A stretch of 63,554 nt of DNA, filler included, from Reclinomonas americana ATCC 50394 (GCA_048213135.1; 15 parts of 15 records of this genome joined end to end with filler, not necessarily neighbours in it), one strand, 5' to 3'. Positions 1 through 15,647 are shown, counted from the first letter of the whole stretch. The notes: generated from the letters alone by a model not told the origin. Program-made: numbers and translations.

Positions 1-390
1 CTTCCCCCTTTGCTTCCCTTCGCTTCCGCTTCCCCTTCCTTTCCTGTGCTTTCCCTTCGCTTCTCTTCGCTTCCCTTCGTTCCCCTTCTCCTTGATTCCC
101 CCTTCGCTTCCCCTTCCCCTTCCTTCCCCCTTGTCCCTTTCGCCGAGTGGCCGTTGCTGGTGAGACACACGAAAGAGCACAGGCAACGAAGAAGGCAGTG
201 AGGTGGAAGTGCGAGAAGATGAGAGAGTGAGTGGATGTGGCATGCAGTACCATTTTCTCGAAAGAGCAGAATGACTGCAATAGGGCTGTCGGTGCGCACC
301 TCCTCAACGGCTACTTTGCTTTAGATCTTGCTTCTCTCTCTCTCTCCTTTCACTTGTCTTCGTCGCTGATCGATTTCCTGTTGCCTGCAG

Positions 391-1768
391 GCGACTTCAC
401 CACACGGCGATCGATCCCACTGCGCCCCGCCAGTCGGTGGATGATGGTGAGGCCGGATGGACTGTACGAGTCGCGCTACTACCACACCGTGAACTATGTG
501 GATGGGCACGGCTTTGTGGTGGTCGGTGGCATCAACATTGACGGCGCCCTCTGCCCCGATATCACCGTCATTCGCAACGATGGCAAGGTAACCACACAAA
601 CGCCGATATCCCTTTTCCGCTTTCGATCTCATCGCCTCCACCAACGCAGGCGGATCGCATCGGCCAACTGCAAAGACCACGTCGTGCACACGCAGCAGTG
701 ACTGTCGACAAGACCGTGGCCATTGTCGCGGGCGGTCACTTCTACAACCAGGCGCTGGACATGTTTTACGACGATCTGGTGTTTCTCGACTTGAGTTGCG
801 TGCACAATTGTAAGCAGCGTGCATGCGATGTGCTCCCGTCTCATGCATGCGACAGAGTCCAAGAAGCAACGAGAGCACAACAAGAGTCGATTCTGCCCAC
901 CGCCCAGACGCCATCACACGGCCGTGCTCATGGGCAAGCAGATTGTCGTCTTTGGTGGTTGCTACAAGAAGGACCGACGGAACGATGTGCACCTGTTCGA
1001 CATTGAGACGGAGCAGTGGAGCACCGTGTTTGTGGCCGGCGAGGTTTGCTTCTCCTGGATGCTTGCTTCTCTCTCCCGTTTCTGCGATCTCACTTGTTGG
1101 CGTCAGGCTCCTTGTGGTCGCATGTCGCACGTCGCAGTACGGCTGACCGACAATCTCATGCTGGTGGGCGGTGGCAACGAGCGCGGCGGTCGTATTCTCG
1201 ACGATTTTTATGTGCTGCACTTGCAGACCACGAATCGTCCTCGTTGCGTCGCCCAGGCCCTCATTTCTTCTCATTCTTTGCGCTCACGCCTATCACAGCA
1301 CTTGGTGTGTGGCATCACGTACGACTGCAGGGCGAGGTGCCGCGAGTGATGCACGCCACGGCGTGCGAGTTCAACTCGTATGTCATTCTCTTTGGCGGCT
1401 ACGACGGGGAGAAGTCGGTCAACGACATTTTCGTGCTCGACTTTCGCGAGTTTGTGCACATGGTGACGCACACGGCGGCGGGTGGTAGCCTGGAGACGGA
1501 CGTGACGGTCGACTGCGCGCGATACGAGTTCCCCACGCCACTGCCAGAGAACCGACACACAATCATACCGCCGCGTTTCGGTCACACGGCGCTGGTGTTG
1601 CCGGGCGAGCCGCACTTGTGGGTGTTTGGAGGGCGCGACAAGAGGAGGTGAGTGGGAGTTGCAGAGGGGCACAAGACCAGCTCGTTGCTGACTTGCTGCG
1701 TGCACAGAGCGTTTGGCGACTGCTGGCGAATCGACCTCGAGCTCGTCACCCAGACGCCGAGAGCATGA
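391..1768 (+). CDS. Kelch-repeat beta-propeller protein (multi-exon, 5' incomplete)
   Basis: Spliced exons give repeated Kelch motifs: RYYHTV..VVVGG, PRRHHTAV..VVFGG..NDVHLFD..W, RMSHVAV..LVGGG, LFGGYDG..NDIFVLD, PRFGHTA..WVFGG. GT-AG introns; stop TGA at 1766-1768. Confidence 0.9.
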
Positions 1769-1835
1769 TGAGACTCCCGCACACCTATGAATACTTGTAT
1801 ATCTTGTTGAGGCATTGTGTAATAGAATTCTGTTA

Positions 1836-1861
1836 TTGTTGTTGTTGTTGTTGTTGTTGTT
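1836..1861. repeat. (TTG)n microsatellite between convergent gene ends
   Basis: Read directly from the sequence. Confidence 0.9.
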
Positions 1862-1867
1862 ATCGCG

Positions 1868-3270
1868 TCATGCCCGTCCGTCCTCGATCATGTACATGCG
1901 AACAGCAAAGAGCTCGGCCGGCCAGTTGCGCTGTTGCGAGTCGGCCACCAACCGCACCTCGGCGCGCTCAAACAGCTTGCGCATGTACTCGTCACTGCGC
2001 GTCACCGATGTGTCCTCGCGGTCGAACACAAAGCCGGCGGTGCAGTTGTTCTCTTTCAGTACCACGGCGCCGCCGGGTCGCAGTGAGGTCACGCAGCGGC
2101 GGAGGAAGGTGATGAGGTCGTCGTCGGGGAGGTGACCGATGACCCATTGGATCCATATCTGGGGGAGGGGGAAGAGTGGGGGAAAGGGGAGGGGGAAGAG
2201 AGGGGAAGGGAAGAGAGGGGAGGGGAAGGGAAGAAGGGGGATGAGTAACTTGCAGACAAGGACGATAGAGTGAAGCACAACGATAGGAATAGAACAGAGC
2301 GGAAAGAAAGGGATAGAAAACAGCAGGAAGACGAACAGATTGGGATGCGAAGCATGCAGATGTGAACGAAGGTACAATGGCAGAACGAAGAGGAATAGAA
2401 CAGAGCGGAAAGGAAGGGAAAACAGCAGGTGGAAGACTAGCGGAGGGAGATGAGCACAATGTAGACAACCGACAAGGGATAGAACTGAGTGGAAAGGAGA
2501 CGGGATGGATAACAGCAGGAATGAGGACGCTGGAAGACAACCTGCAGAGTGACATGAAGGAGTGCGATGGAATACAGCCAGCAAACAAGCACTGCACCAC
2601 ATAAGAACAACGTGAGGAGAGAACGCTCGCATGGAAGGATGGACCCAGAGTGGCACAGCATAGTGAAGAACAAGACACGCGATGAGAGGTGCCACGCATC
2701 AGAGCGACGCGACAACTGCAGAGCAGCGAGGAGAACATGACACGCGAAGATGAGAGGAGAATGAAGACGAAGTGCAACAAACAGATCAACAGCAAGTGCC
2801 AAAACGAAGAGAACTGCAAGCGAATGACAGACATGCGAAGCAGACCCATGACAACCGGCAGAGATATGACTTCTCCTTTCCCTTCTCTCTTCTCCCTCTA
2901 CTCACCACATCATACTCCGCCGGCGGCGCCTCAAACTCCTGCAACCCTTTGTTCATGTAGTGCCGCGCGCGATCGCCCAGCGTCGCCCGCGCCTGCTCCA
3001 AAAAGTGCGCATCCTGCTCAATCAGGTCCACCTCGTCAAAGTAATCGCACAGCAGATCGCGACTGATGCGCCCAATGCCAGCTCCACAATCTGCATGCAT
3101 GCATCACTCACTCAGCAAGCCCAGCGTGAGTGTGTGTGACAAGAGTGAGAGTGATACCTAGTGCACGCGTCTTGGGAGACTGCAGGCGTGGTTTCACATG
3201 AATGTCGAGGAAGATGCGACTAAAGGCCACGTCCTTGGCCGACAAGTGCCCAAAGCCGCCCAGCACACCG
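1868..3270 (-). CDS. NTMT1: Alpha-N-terminal protein methyltransferase (NTM1/Tae1 family), 5' truncated
   Basis: Exons encode GGFGHLS..D, ALDCGAGIGRIS, LQEF..YDV|IWIQWVIGHLPDDD, LKENN..FDREDTSVTRS. Contains a 747-nt intron at 2159-2905. Confidence 0.93.
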
Positions 3271-3370
3271 NNNNNNNNNNNNNNNNNNNNNNNNNNNNNN
3301 NNNNNNNNNNNNNNTTAATTAATTAANNNNNNNNNNNNNNNNNNNNNNNNNNNNNNNNNNNNNNNNNNNN
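3271..3370. other. Artificial contig linker (N44-TTAATTAATTAA-N44); 14 copies in the window
   Basis: The same linker, with stops in all six frames, starts at 3271, 6871, 12106, 15548, 25507, 32886, 34712, 43157, 44739, 47261, 52069, 56382, 58001 and 60756. Confidence 0.99.
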
Positions 3371-5408
3371 AGGCTCGTCGAGCACTCACCGCCCTTGGCA
3401 TACCACCGCTCATCGAGCTCCTTCTCCCACAACTCCTGTGCGTTCTTGTACTCCAACGAGTCACCATCCCATCCCTCCTGATCCATTCTGTTGCTTTACT
3501 CTCTCAGACTCGTGCTTGCAACAATCAAACCGCGTCCAGCAGCTGTCCCGTGGACGACGATTGCACCATCGATCCGCTACCTCTCGGGTGGTGCAACAGG
3601 TCGAGGCTGGTGCGTGCGCTGCCAGTGGAGCGTGGTGGTGTGCGCGTGCCGTCGTCGTGATGTCTGTCGGCCAGACTGCTCAAGGCAATTGCTGCACCAC
3701 CGGTGCTGTTGCGGTTCGCCACGCTCGGCGTGATCTCCGTGTCGGTGCCGTCCCAGTAGGCGCTGTTGCTGTGGCCGCCGTGGACGGGCGAAGGGGCGGG
3801 GATGTCGTACAAGTCGCCGCGCACGCGTCGGCGTGTGACACTGCTGCCGCCACTGCTGCTGGAGGAGCTGCCGGCGCAGCGCAGCCAGCGTTCGTGTGGC
3901 AGCTCGCCCTCGCGGAACGCATGTGCGGTGCTGATGCGCGACGGCAACGTAAAGTTCCACACGCGGGCCAGGCCCTCGGTGGGCGTGCGACGAAGCGCCG
4001 TGGTGCCCGACAGCCAGCCGCCGAGATAGAGTATGCCGACGGCGGCGTCGAATGCGGCAACCAGCGCGGCGACCAAAAAGCTATGCAGCAGCAGCAGGGG
4101 TACCACGACAAAGACCACCACCAGCACCTTGCTGGTCGGCCCTAATGAGCAGTGCAGCTCCAGCACGCGCGATGCTCGTCGGAAGCCGCCAATCATCGTC
4201 ACCACCATGAACATCACCACCGTCACCGGCACAATCACCAACGAGAACTGCACAATGCCGGCAATGCCCACGAGAATGGCTGCGGAGGGGGAAGGGAGGG
4301 GAGGAATAATTGTCAGTCTAGTCAGTGAGCGGGGAGAGGGAATGGATCTCCCCGCACACCGACTCCGAGGAGGGCCAGTGGCGCCGCCCACTGCATCAGT
4401 TGCACCATGGAGGGTGCGTGCGTACAAACACAACAGGTACACGCGGAGGAGAGCACAACAGAATCGGTGTGTCGACGGAAAGGAACCTCGGAAGAACGAC
4501 AGCAGAAGCGAGCGAGAGCAGTGGAGTGAAGAGAGAGGAAATGATCAAATACACACTTTCTCTCCCCCTTTTGTCGCCCGCCTCCCCAACTGCCCACTGG
4601 CCAACAAACGAACCTGGAAGCAGACACGCCCACCGCGGTGGCGGCTCAAACGACACACTGCCCCCCGAACCCGGCACCGCACTCCCCACCAGCACCTCGG
4701 GCGGCACAAACCCATTCGACGACGACGGCGCCACAGGCGGTCGCACCGCCACACCCTTGACACGCCCCGCTCGCTTGGCCGCAAACGCCGCCAGCGACTG
4801 CCGCCGCGTCGAAATCGCCGGCGGCGTGAACGCCTCAGCATCCTCACGCAACTCCAAATCATCGTCGTCCGAGTCACCATCGCCACGCTCGTGATTCCGT
4901 TGATGTCGATGCGATGAAGGCTGCAGGCGATGATGCGAGCGATCGACTGCAACGCAAACGATCCTCATATAAGCGACAACGGTGATGTACAGCAGCTTGT
5001 ATATCGCTTACCGGCAGTGGTCAGCGGAATTGTGACGGCCGATCGCACGGGCGATCGCAGCACGGAGAAGCTCAGGCGTCCCTTGCTCGCCTGCTGCTCA
5101 CCGCTCTCCACAGTGGCCGCAACGACCGCCGCAGATACCGCTTCGCCATCATCATCGCCGTCATCATCGTCTTCTTCTGGTGGCGGTCGATCGATCAGTT
5201 GCCGCACACGAGGAGTAGTCGACGAGGAGGCAGGCGCAGTGGTGCCGGGTGGTGGCGGTGTGTCGTACTTGCGCTGCTCGCTGTTCAATGTGAGCATGGC
5301 GACGGCGGGGGTCAGCGCGAGCGGCTCTGGCGGCTGCGTGCGCGGGAAGCCGGGCAGCGAGGTGGGCGCCGGTGAGTCGGGGGCGGGGAGGAGCACGTTC
5401 GTGGCCAT
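3371..5408 (-). CDS. Hypothetical membrane protein with Pro/acidic N-terminus (multi-exon, 3' truncated)
   Basis: Long ORF segments with hydrophobic helices (AILVGIAGIVQFSLVIVPVTVVMFMVV; VLVVVFVVVPLLLLHSFLVAALVAAF). No family recognised. Confidence 0.55.
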
Positions 5409-5429
5409 TCGATGATTGAGTGATGAGTG

Positions 5430-6766
5430 AGAGCCGTCGTTCCGTCAGTGGATTGGCCAGTCGACGGAGCATTCGATCGTTCGCAAAGGTGTGTGGAGCG
5501 CGCGTTGTGCCTCTGTGCATGTGTGTGTGAGAGAGAGTGTGTGTGTGTGAGTGAGTGTGTGTGTCGCGGGACGGAGAGGCAACGAGTGACTTGTTATGCA
5601 TTGAGTACATTGTGTGTGAAAAAGAGACAGACATGTGATTGCTTGCGTGTGCAGTGAGGCGCCAGTGGAGAGAGCGCGCGCGCATGTGTGTAAGATAGGC
5701 ACAGCAGTGCGTGTGTGTGTGCATTGTGAGTGTGCATTGTGTCGTGGAATGTGCGACTGCGAGAATTCTTCGCGCAATGCATTCTCTCAACTCTTCTCAC
5801 ACACAGTCTCACAGAAGCAAACCATGGGCCAGCAGCAGTCATACCACGTCTCCGCCACCGCCATGGGCACCGACAACGATGTTTCGTAACAAGCAACAAG
5901 AAAGAAAAGAGAGACACACAAAAATCAGTGTTTTGCTTACTGACTGTGTGTGTGCGTAGGTGCAAGTGCACTCGACAGGCGAGAACGTCAACGCCACTGC
6001 CATGGGCACTGTTGCGTAAACACACACACGCGCACGCAGAGAGAAAAGAGACAGACATTCTCACTGTTCTCATTTCAACAGGACAACAGCGTTGCTGTGG
6101 ACCGTGAGCAGCCCGAGGTGGAGAGCGGCTTGCCTTCTCTCTAATAAGCACACGCGCACGAGTGTGCGCCTCTCTCTCGCTGACAATGAGAAAGAGTGAA
6201 CGCGTTTTGTTGACATATAATGCTGAAATGATAACATCTCGCATGGTCAAGCACGCACAGTGTGGTGCCTCTCTCTCTCACACACACACACACACTGATG
6301 AGAAGAGTGAACGCGTTGTTTGACATGATGCGTTCATTACATGATAACAAAGGCATCTCTCTCACTCTTTGTGAGTGAGTGTGTCATTCTTGAGTGAAGG
6401 TCATGTGGTCCTCGTTGCCGACGCAGCCCATGTCGACACCAGTGCTGGTCTGGCCCACAGTCAGCTGTGTGTGTGTGTAAAGAGAGAGAGTGAGAACACG
6501 AGTGTGTGTGTTATGAGAGACGCTCATGCAAGACGCAACAGAGTCGTTCTGTGTGTATTAGTGAACGAGGCAGAGATGAGTGAGTGCATGTGTGTGTGTG
6601 TGTGACAAGAGCAAGAGGGTGAGCAGACCGCGCCACACGCAGAGACCTGTGTTGACACAGAGAGAGAGAGAGTGAGTAATAGACACTCGTGTGCGTTCTG
6701 TGCATTGTTGTGTAGTGAGCACGCAACGTCGACAGTTGGAGGAGGAGCAGATTGAGCGGCGCCCAT
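5430..6766 (-). CDS. Probable small-exon hypothetical gene starting MGAAQS (possible N-myristoylation)
   Basis: ATG at 6766 is followed by short exon-like segments separated by CA-rich intron-like tracts. Structure not resolved. Confidence 0.3.
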
Positions 6767-6970
6767 TTGTTTGTGTGTGCGTGAGAAGTAAAGACGGTGA
6801 GTGAGTGTGAGAGTTTCTCGCACTTGAAAATTCCACTTACTTTATCACAAAAGAAAAGGTGCGCGAGAAGNNNNNNNNNNNNNNNNNNNNNNNNNNNNNN
6901 NNNNNNNNNNNNNNTTAATTAATTAANNNNNNNNNNNNNNNNNNNNNNNNNNNNNNNNNNNNNNNNNNNN

Positions 6971-7444
6971 CCGGCTGACACGGAGATGCCGGCACCAGCC
7001 AGCACCATAATGCGCTTCTTGCTGCGCACCAGCGCCGCGACGTCGGCAAACTTCCGCACCTTGAGGTCGGGCAAGCGCAACCGTGGTGGTTCCGGCGCCC
7101 GCATAAGGATGCTGGCCAACCGCCACTGTATTGACACCGGCAGGTGCTGCACCGTGTTGAGGAAGGGGCTGATAATGTCGATCGGATCCACGCCGATGTG
7201 CATGGCGTCGGCCACCATTGGGTCGAGGGCGGCAATGGGAATTCTCATCACCCTGTGTGCATGACGAGTCGGTGAGTGACAAGGGATGAAAGGAGACGGA
7301 GAGCGGGGGGGGAGAGAGGAACGCAACGTCTCGTACAACTCGTCCGGCTGCATCGACGGCGACTCGGCCGGCCGACCCATGCTCGGCACATGTGCCAAGC
7401 TGATCAACTCGTCGGCACTGATTTCTCCGATATCCTCGTCATCG

Positions 7445-7476
<32 letters not shown>

Positions 7477-8006
7477 TTCGCCATCCTCGTCCTCGTGCAC
7501 ATGGTCTCCGTCGGCCGCATCATCCTCCTCCTCATCCTCCTCACCCTCACCGTCACCAGTGTGATGGTGATGGTGGCGGTGATGACGATGGTGGTGGTGA
7601 TGATGCCGATGCCTTCGCGACCTTGCTGCAGCGCACTCCTCTGCAGCAGACAACTCGTTGTGAAAAAGGGGGCAAGTTGTTCTTTGCTCGCGCAATGGTG
7701 CAATCTCGAACTGACGGAATTCTCTGCTCTGCTCACACACACACACTCACCATCGTCCCCATTCTCCTCGACCCCCTCGCCCAAATGATGGTGCTGGTCA
7801 ACATGCAACCGCCCCACCGTGTCCTCCTCGCCGTCAACAGACGTTGGTGCATGTGTCACATGGCCGCGCGCGCGGCCATCTACCCCCAACCGCGCCCTCT
7901 TCTCCGGCGGCGCCCTCACATCGCCATGCGAATCCACATGTCCATTCACATGCTCCTCGCGCCCGCCTTCGCCGCCTCCAATGCTACCCTCGGCGGCTCG
8001 TTTCAT
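6971..8006 (-). CDS. SIR2: Class I sirtuin (Sir2/SIRT1-like), N-terminal part, 3' truncated
   Basis: RLRLPD..FADVAALVRSKKRIMVLAGAGISVS matches the start of the sirtuin NAD-binding fold. It is preceded by His-rich and acidic tracts. Confidence 0.88.
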
Positions 8007-8125
8007 AGTTGTTAGACAGACGAGGTGGTGCGCTCTCCCAGAGACAATAGCGAGAGTAACGATTGTCCACATGCGGCGTGCTCGCGGATATCTTTGCTTT
8101 TCAATCACACAAGGGAGAACAAACA

Positions 8126-10571
<2,446 letters not shown>

Positions 10572-10635
10572 GTCAGCGAGCGTGCGTGCTGTGTGTGCTG
10601 ATACATAAGTGGCAATGGAGTAGTGTGAGTGTTCA

Positions 10636-12105
10636 TTACATCGGTGTGGGTGTGGGTACGGTCGAGGGTTCGACTCGCCGCAGTAAGTAGAATACAAAGC
10701 CGGCGAGCACAAAGCACACGGCCACGGCCAGGCCAACGCGGAATACTGTGGAGGCGTACCGCGTGTACTTGGAGCGGCGAGTCTCGGATGCTGCGCAGGC
10801 GTGGGGGATAAGTGAGCGCGACGAGAACATGATATGTGATGGGCGATTGCGCACCTGCTGAGCGCATCACTTTGAAGACGTCCTTGCCACTGCACGCAGG
10901 CATGTGAATTAAACGTTTGCATCCAACAACACGCAGCGCACGAGCGCACAAACGTACCGATTCACAAGCCGGCCCTGCGCCTGGAAGAACTGCACCCACG
11001 GTCTCCGCAGCACGACATTGCCGTGGCTCGCCGACGACGAGCGGAACAGAATGCGGCCCAGTGGCGACACCACGGGCGACACACTGTTCCACAGGCTCGT
11101 AAGCAGCGGCCCAAGGAAGCGACTGAGGAAACGGTTCCACACAAAGTAGACGGGCGCCACCAGCACGTCCCACAAGGAGCGCAAGTGGCGGCCGACAGAG
11201 GACAGGAGCTGCGTGATGCCCTGCATGAATGCACGTGGTGGTGGTGTGTGAGAGAGAGGTGGGATATGGACATGGGCTGTGTGCGCGCGCTCTCTCACCG
11301 ACAGGCGCACAAACGAGCTCAGCGATCGCACCACGTGCCGAATGGCATAGTATAATGGAACGACGCCCACGGCCTGTAAGAACTGTGGTGCGCAAGTGAG
11401 CTCACCAGTCGCCTCCCTGCGAATCACAACATCCCCCTATGGAACCTGCGATATGTGCTGCACGGCGCTCACATACAACGGCAGCAGCAGCAAGTCCCAC
11501 AGCCAGGCAACGTATGGTGACACAAACTGCATACGGCACGCCAGTCAGTCAGTCAGTCAGCGAGTCACGCTCTCTTCGGTGGTTGCGGTGGTACTCACCG
11601 AAAACGCCGATCGCACCCACGGCAGGAGGTTGGGGAATGCGTCGTGCAGCTCGTGCAGACCGCGGACCAACAGCGACAACCACCAGATATAGAGGCTGAG
11701 TTGCCACAGCCGACGCCACACAGGATTCATTCGGAAGCCAGCGTGGATGGCCAGCCAGCACATCCACAGCGGGAGTCCGCGACGAAGCAGACCGCGCAGT
11801 CGCAACTCCTCCTCCAACCAGGCGTTCTCGATGCGATCGCAGCAATCGATCTTGTTGGCCTCCAGCCGGATCACGGTCGAGTTGCCGAGCGTGTTTTGCG
11901 CACGCAGCAGCCGCTTCCGCAAGTCTGCACCGTCACGCATGAGCTGTCGAGCGAGGAGGAGAAGAGAGGAATGCAGAGTCATGTGTGCAGCCAGACCCGG
12001 CGGAAGGCTCTCCTCGGCGTACTCGTGCAGCGGCAGCCACGGTGCGCCACTCTCGATTTGCACCAGCAGCGGTGGCGGTGGCTTCAGTCGCCGCAGCTCC
12101 ACATA
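10636..12105 (-). CDS. Hypothetical membrane protein (5' truncated)
   Basis: Exons with Trp/Leu-rich amphipathic and hydrophobic helices and a C-terminal TM (GLAVAVCFVLAGFVFYLL). Confidence 0.55.
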
Positions 12106-12205
12106 NNNNNNNNNNNNNNNNNNNNNNNNNNNNNNNNNNNNNNNNNNNNTTAATTAATTAANNNNNNNNNNNNNNNNNNNNNNNNNNNNNNNNNNNNNNN
12201 NNNNN

Positions 12206-12623
12206 CACGCTGGATCCGCTGACGAATGAGGACCGCCACTTTTCCGAGAGCAAGGTCCACCCGGTTTCGGTGCATCCGCGATATGGTGGCTGGTTCGCCT
12301 TCCGTGCCGCCGTCATTCTGCACGATGTGACAGTGGCTCCGGGAGCGCTGGAGAGGCGCGCGCCACCGGATCCAGTGCCCGACATGGAGAGCCGCGTGCA
12401 GCTGCTGCGCCTCTTCAATGAGTCGTGGCGCACCGGCGAGTTCCGCGATGTGGGTGTGCCGAGTGACGCACCGCCCGGCGACCGCTACTCGCCCGAACAG
12501 TTCCTGTACTTCCACACACACGACTCGGTCGTCAAGCAGGCCTACTTGCGCCTGCTGTACGGTGCGCCCATGGTCCACGATCCGCAGAAGGATGTAGAGT
12601 CGCCGGGGCATGCAGATACGTGA
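12206..12623 (+). CDS. MMACHC: Cobalamin-processing protein CblC (MMACHC), C-terminal part
   Basis: VHPRYGGWFAFRAAV..FNESWR...RD...RYSPEQFLYF parallels MMACHC IHPRFGGWFAIRG..FNFHWRD..RYSEEQ..YF. Confidence 0.88.
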
Positions 12624-12766
12624 TACTTGAAGTAAAAAAGAGTACACACATTGTAGAAACAACCAGGGGGGAGAGTGGGGGGAGAAGCAACAAACAAACT
12701 CTCCGCTCGGGTGCTTTTACATCTCTCCGATATTTTCCAATTCTCTCTACGTAGTCATACCCGTAC

Positions 12767-14393
12767 TCAAAGCGCATTGAGTTTTGTGACAATGCCCACG
12801 CGAATGCACTGATCGAAACCGCCCATCACGCACAGGCCGGGGCGGTCGGGGCTCCAGTCGAATGACGACACGGGTTGATCGCCCACGCGCGCCTTCATGA
12901 GGCAGTCCACGGAGCCGACCACACCCATCGATCGGCCCTCCGAGTCCTGCTTTCGTCGTTGCTCGGGGTACTTGCTGCGAGTTGGAGAGGAATGGGTAAG
13001 CACCGACGACTGCGCATGGATATGTGTGGTGGGCGGGCACGCAACTACTTCCAGAGCCACAGCGATCCGTTGCCGCCCGTGGTCATGAATACGTCGCGGT
13101 TGGACGGCAGATGGCGGACGCACCACACGGTTGAGTCGTGCGCCTGTTCTCGAGCAGTGAGCGAGAAACACGAACATCCACACAGAGAGACATTCGGGGC
13201 GCCGCACCTTTTCCTCCAAGCAAGCAAAGCCTTCCTCGGGGTGCATGGTGCGCATGTCAAACAGGTTGAAGCGACTCTCCAAGCACGTGGCCACCAGCTT
13301 GTTCATCTCCACAATCTTGCGATCAAACTGCAGTCCGCACACCTGCATGATTGCACGTGATGGTCAGCAACCGCACTCTCGCACTTGTGTGAGTATGTGT
13401 GCGCACGCAACTCCATTGCGGATGTTGGTCTCCCATCGCAGCGTGTTGGTGCGCAGGTCAAACAGCTTGATGTCTCCATTGTCGTAGCCGGCGGCCACAC
13501 ATCGATCCTCGTCCGTGTGCGAGTTGCCTGCCCCAACACGCGTCATTAGTGCGCGGGGGAGACAAGGAGCGAAAACAAAAAAAAAGACGCACCAAACGCC
13601 ACACTCCAGCAATCGCGCGCCCGTGTGGCATCCTCGGGCTCCAAACTCGCCACTGGTCTGTCGTCTTGTCGCGGATCCCACACTCGCACACACCCTGCGC
13701 GCGCGCGCACAAAACAACATACGTGTCAATATGTGGTGGCGGGCGAGGGAAGAGCCACTCTACTCACCATCGCGTCCACCAGTGACAATCTCTGGCGGCC
13801 CCTTGTTCGTCGTGCCACCACCGCACCCATCAATCGCATTAATGATCTTTTCGTGAGCGCGCACCGTGTAGATCGGCAGCTCCGCGTCCTCCAGGTCCCT
13901 GTGCGACATAGCATATGAGGAAACATGTGGGCAGAGAAGGAGGAGAGCGAGTGTACTCACCATACACTCAGTCGCCCATCAAAATCACCAGTCGCCAAGT
14001 GTGCTACGTCATTCGATGATGCGCCAAACGTGCCACACTTGAACGACGCCTTCTTCTCGTGCTCCACCACCGTCTCCAGCTTTCCGTGATTCATCTCATA
14101 CACGACCATGCAACCTGTGTGTGCACAGAGAATGTGAGTTGTCTCTCGCACAGTGTGTGTGTGCGTGTGGAGCAAACGACAGTCACCTGTGGCACGCGCG
14201 TAGGCGCCAAGTCCCACAAAACGCACTGTCTCAGGCACCCATTTGACATCAAACACCGTCCATGCGATGCTGTGTGTTTGACAAGAGGTGAATGAGCGCG
14301 CGAAACGCCGAAAATAACGCTCACAGACACAGACCTCTTTGTGATGTGCTCGATGAGCTGTGGTGCGTCGGGTGAGGTGTGCAACTGGCTCAT
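12767..14393 (-). CDS. WDR92: WD40 protein WDR92/DNAAF10 (axonemal dynein assembly, R2TP-associated)
   Basis: Spliced model reads [82 protein letters not shown]. Confidence 0.93.
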
Positions 14394-14720
14394 GGTGTGT
14401 GTGCGCGCGCGCAGAAGACGAGAGTGAGGAAAACAACTGCTGGCGACCTGCAGTTTGGCGTTGTCCTCTGACGTCGGGCGTTTTTTCCCTCTTGCATGCA
14501 CGCCGCCTGGCGAGTCGATAGGCGAGTAGAATTCCCAACCGCCACATCAGCTGCAAATGCAGAAAGATCAACAGCAAAGAGGAAGAGGAGGAGGAGCTGC
14601 GGGAGTCATGAAATTCCGAACATCTGTGCGACGTCGTCGTGTTGTGAAAGAGAGCAACAACGACGGGATGCAGAAGAGTAAGAGCCTGTGTTTCCGATTA
14701 CCTTTGTGCGTGTACGTGTG

Positions 14721-15441
14721 TTACATTTCCTGCATTTCGATATCTTTTGGAGAGACTGCCGACCTTGGGGACGACGAAGCGGACGGTGTCGGTAGCTTGG
14801 TGTTGTCGGCCGACGGCGATGAAGGCGACGATGTGCGGGAGGTTGGAGCAGCGCCAGCACGCACTTCGATCCATGTGAGGTGCTGCATGCAACGAACCCG
14901 AGGTCAGTCAGTCGACGATATCGAGAAGCACGAGGTACCCACCTCTTCATCGCCTCTTCTGACCACCATGTGCACACTGCAAGCGTAGTACAACAAGAAG
15001 CACATGAGCGTGGCGCGCAACACTCTGTGTGCGACGATGGATGGAAAACACCTCTTGTTGAGCAACACGGTTCTGTTGAACCTTTTCAGCAGCTTGCCCG
15101 TGGCCTTGCGCTGCTCCTTGAACGAGCGATACCACTGCCGATCCCTCCTCGTCGCGTAGCACAGGAAACACAACAGCGGGAACAGCCTACGCATGCCGGA
15201 CATTGTGAGCCACACTCTATTCCACTCTCCTCCGCTCGTGCACGTGCAGCCGAACGCAACAGCACAAAGGAGATAATGAGCACGGTCTTGAAGCCACATC
15301 CCGGGTATAACCTCTCCGCCTGCTCATCAAACGGCAAACGCACTGCGTCCAGCTGATCCATCATGTCATCCCACTCCGCACTGACAATGACACTGATGAG
15401 CAGCCGCAAAGACACATACACATCACCATGCTCACCGCGAC

Positions 15442-15527
<86 letters not shown>

Positions 15528-15547
15528 CGTTACGACCGTACGTTACG
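14721..15547 (-). CDS. Hypothetical protein, weakly Golgin A7/Erf4-like (5' truncated)
   Basis: Exons: SAEWDDMMDQLD.., Cys/hydrophobic segment, KLLKRFNRTVL.., LTWIEV. The family call is weak. Confidence 0.35.
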
Positions 15548-15647
15548 NNNNNNNNNNNNNNNNNNNNNNNNNNNNNNNNNNNNNNNNNNNNTTAATTAAT
15601 TAANNNNNNNNNNNNNNNNNNNNNNNNNNNNNNNNNNNNNNNNNNNN

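Noticed and set aside
3315..3326. Recurring TTAATTAATTAA palindrome
   Set aside because: It is an assembly linker embedded in Ns, not biological.
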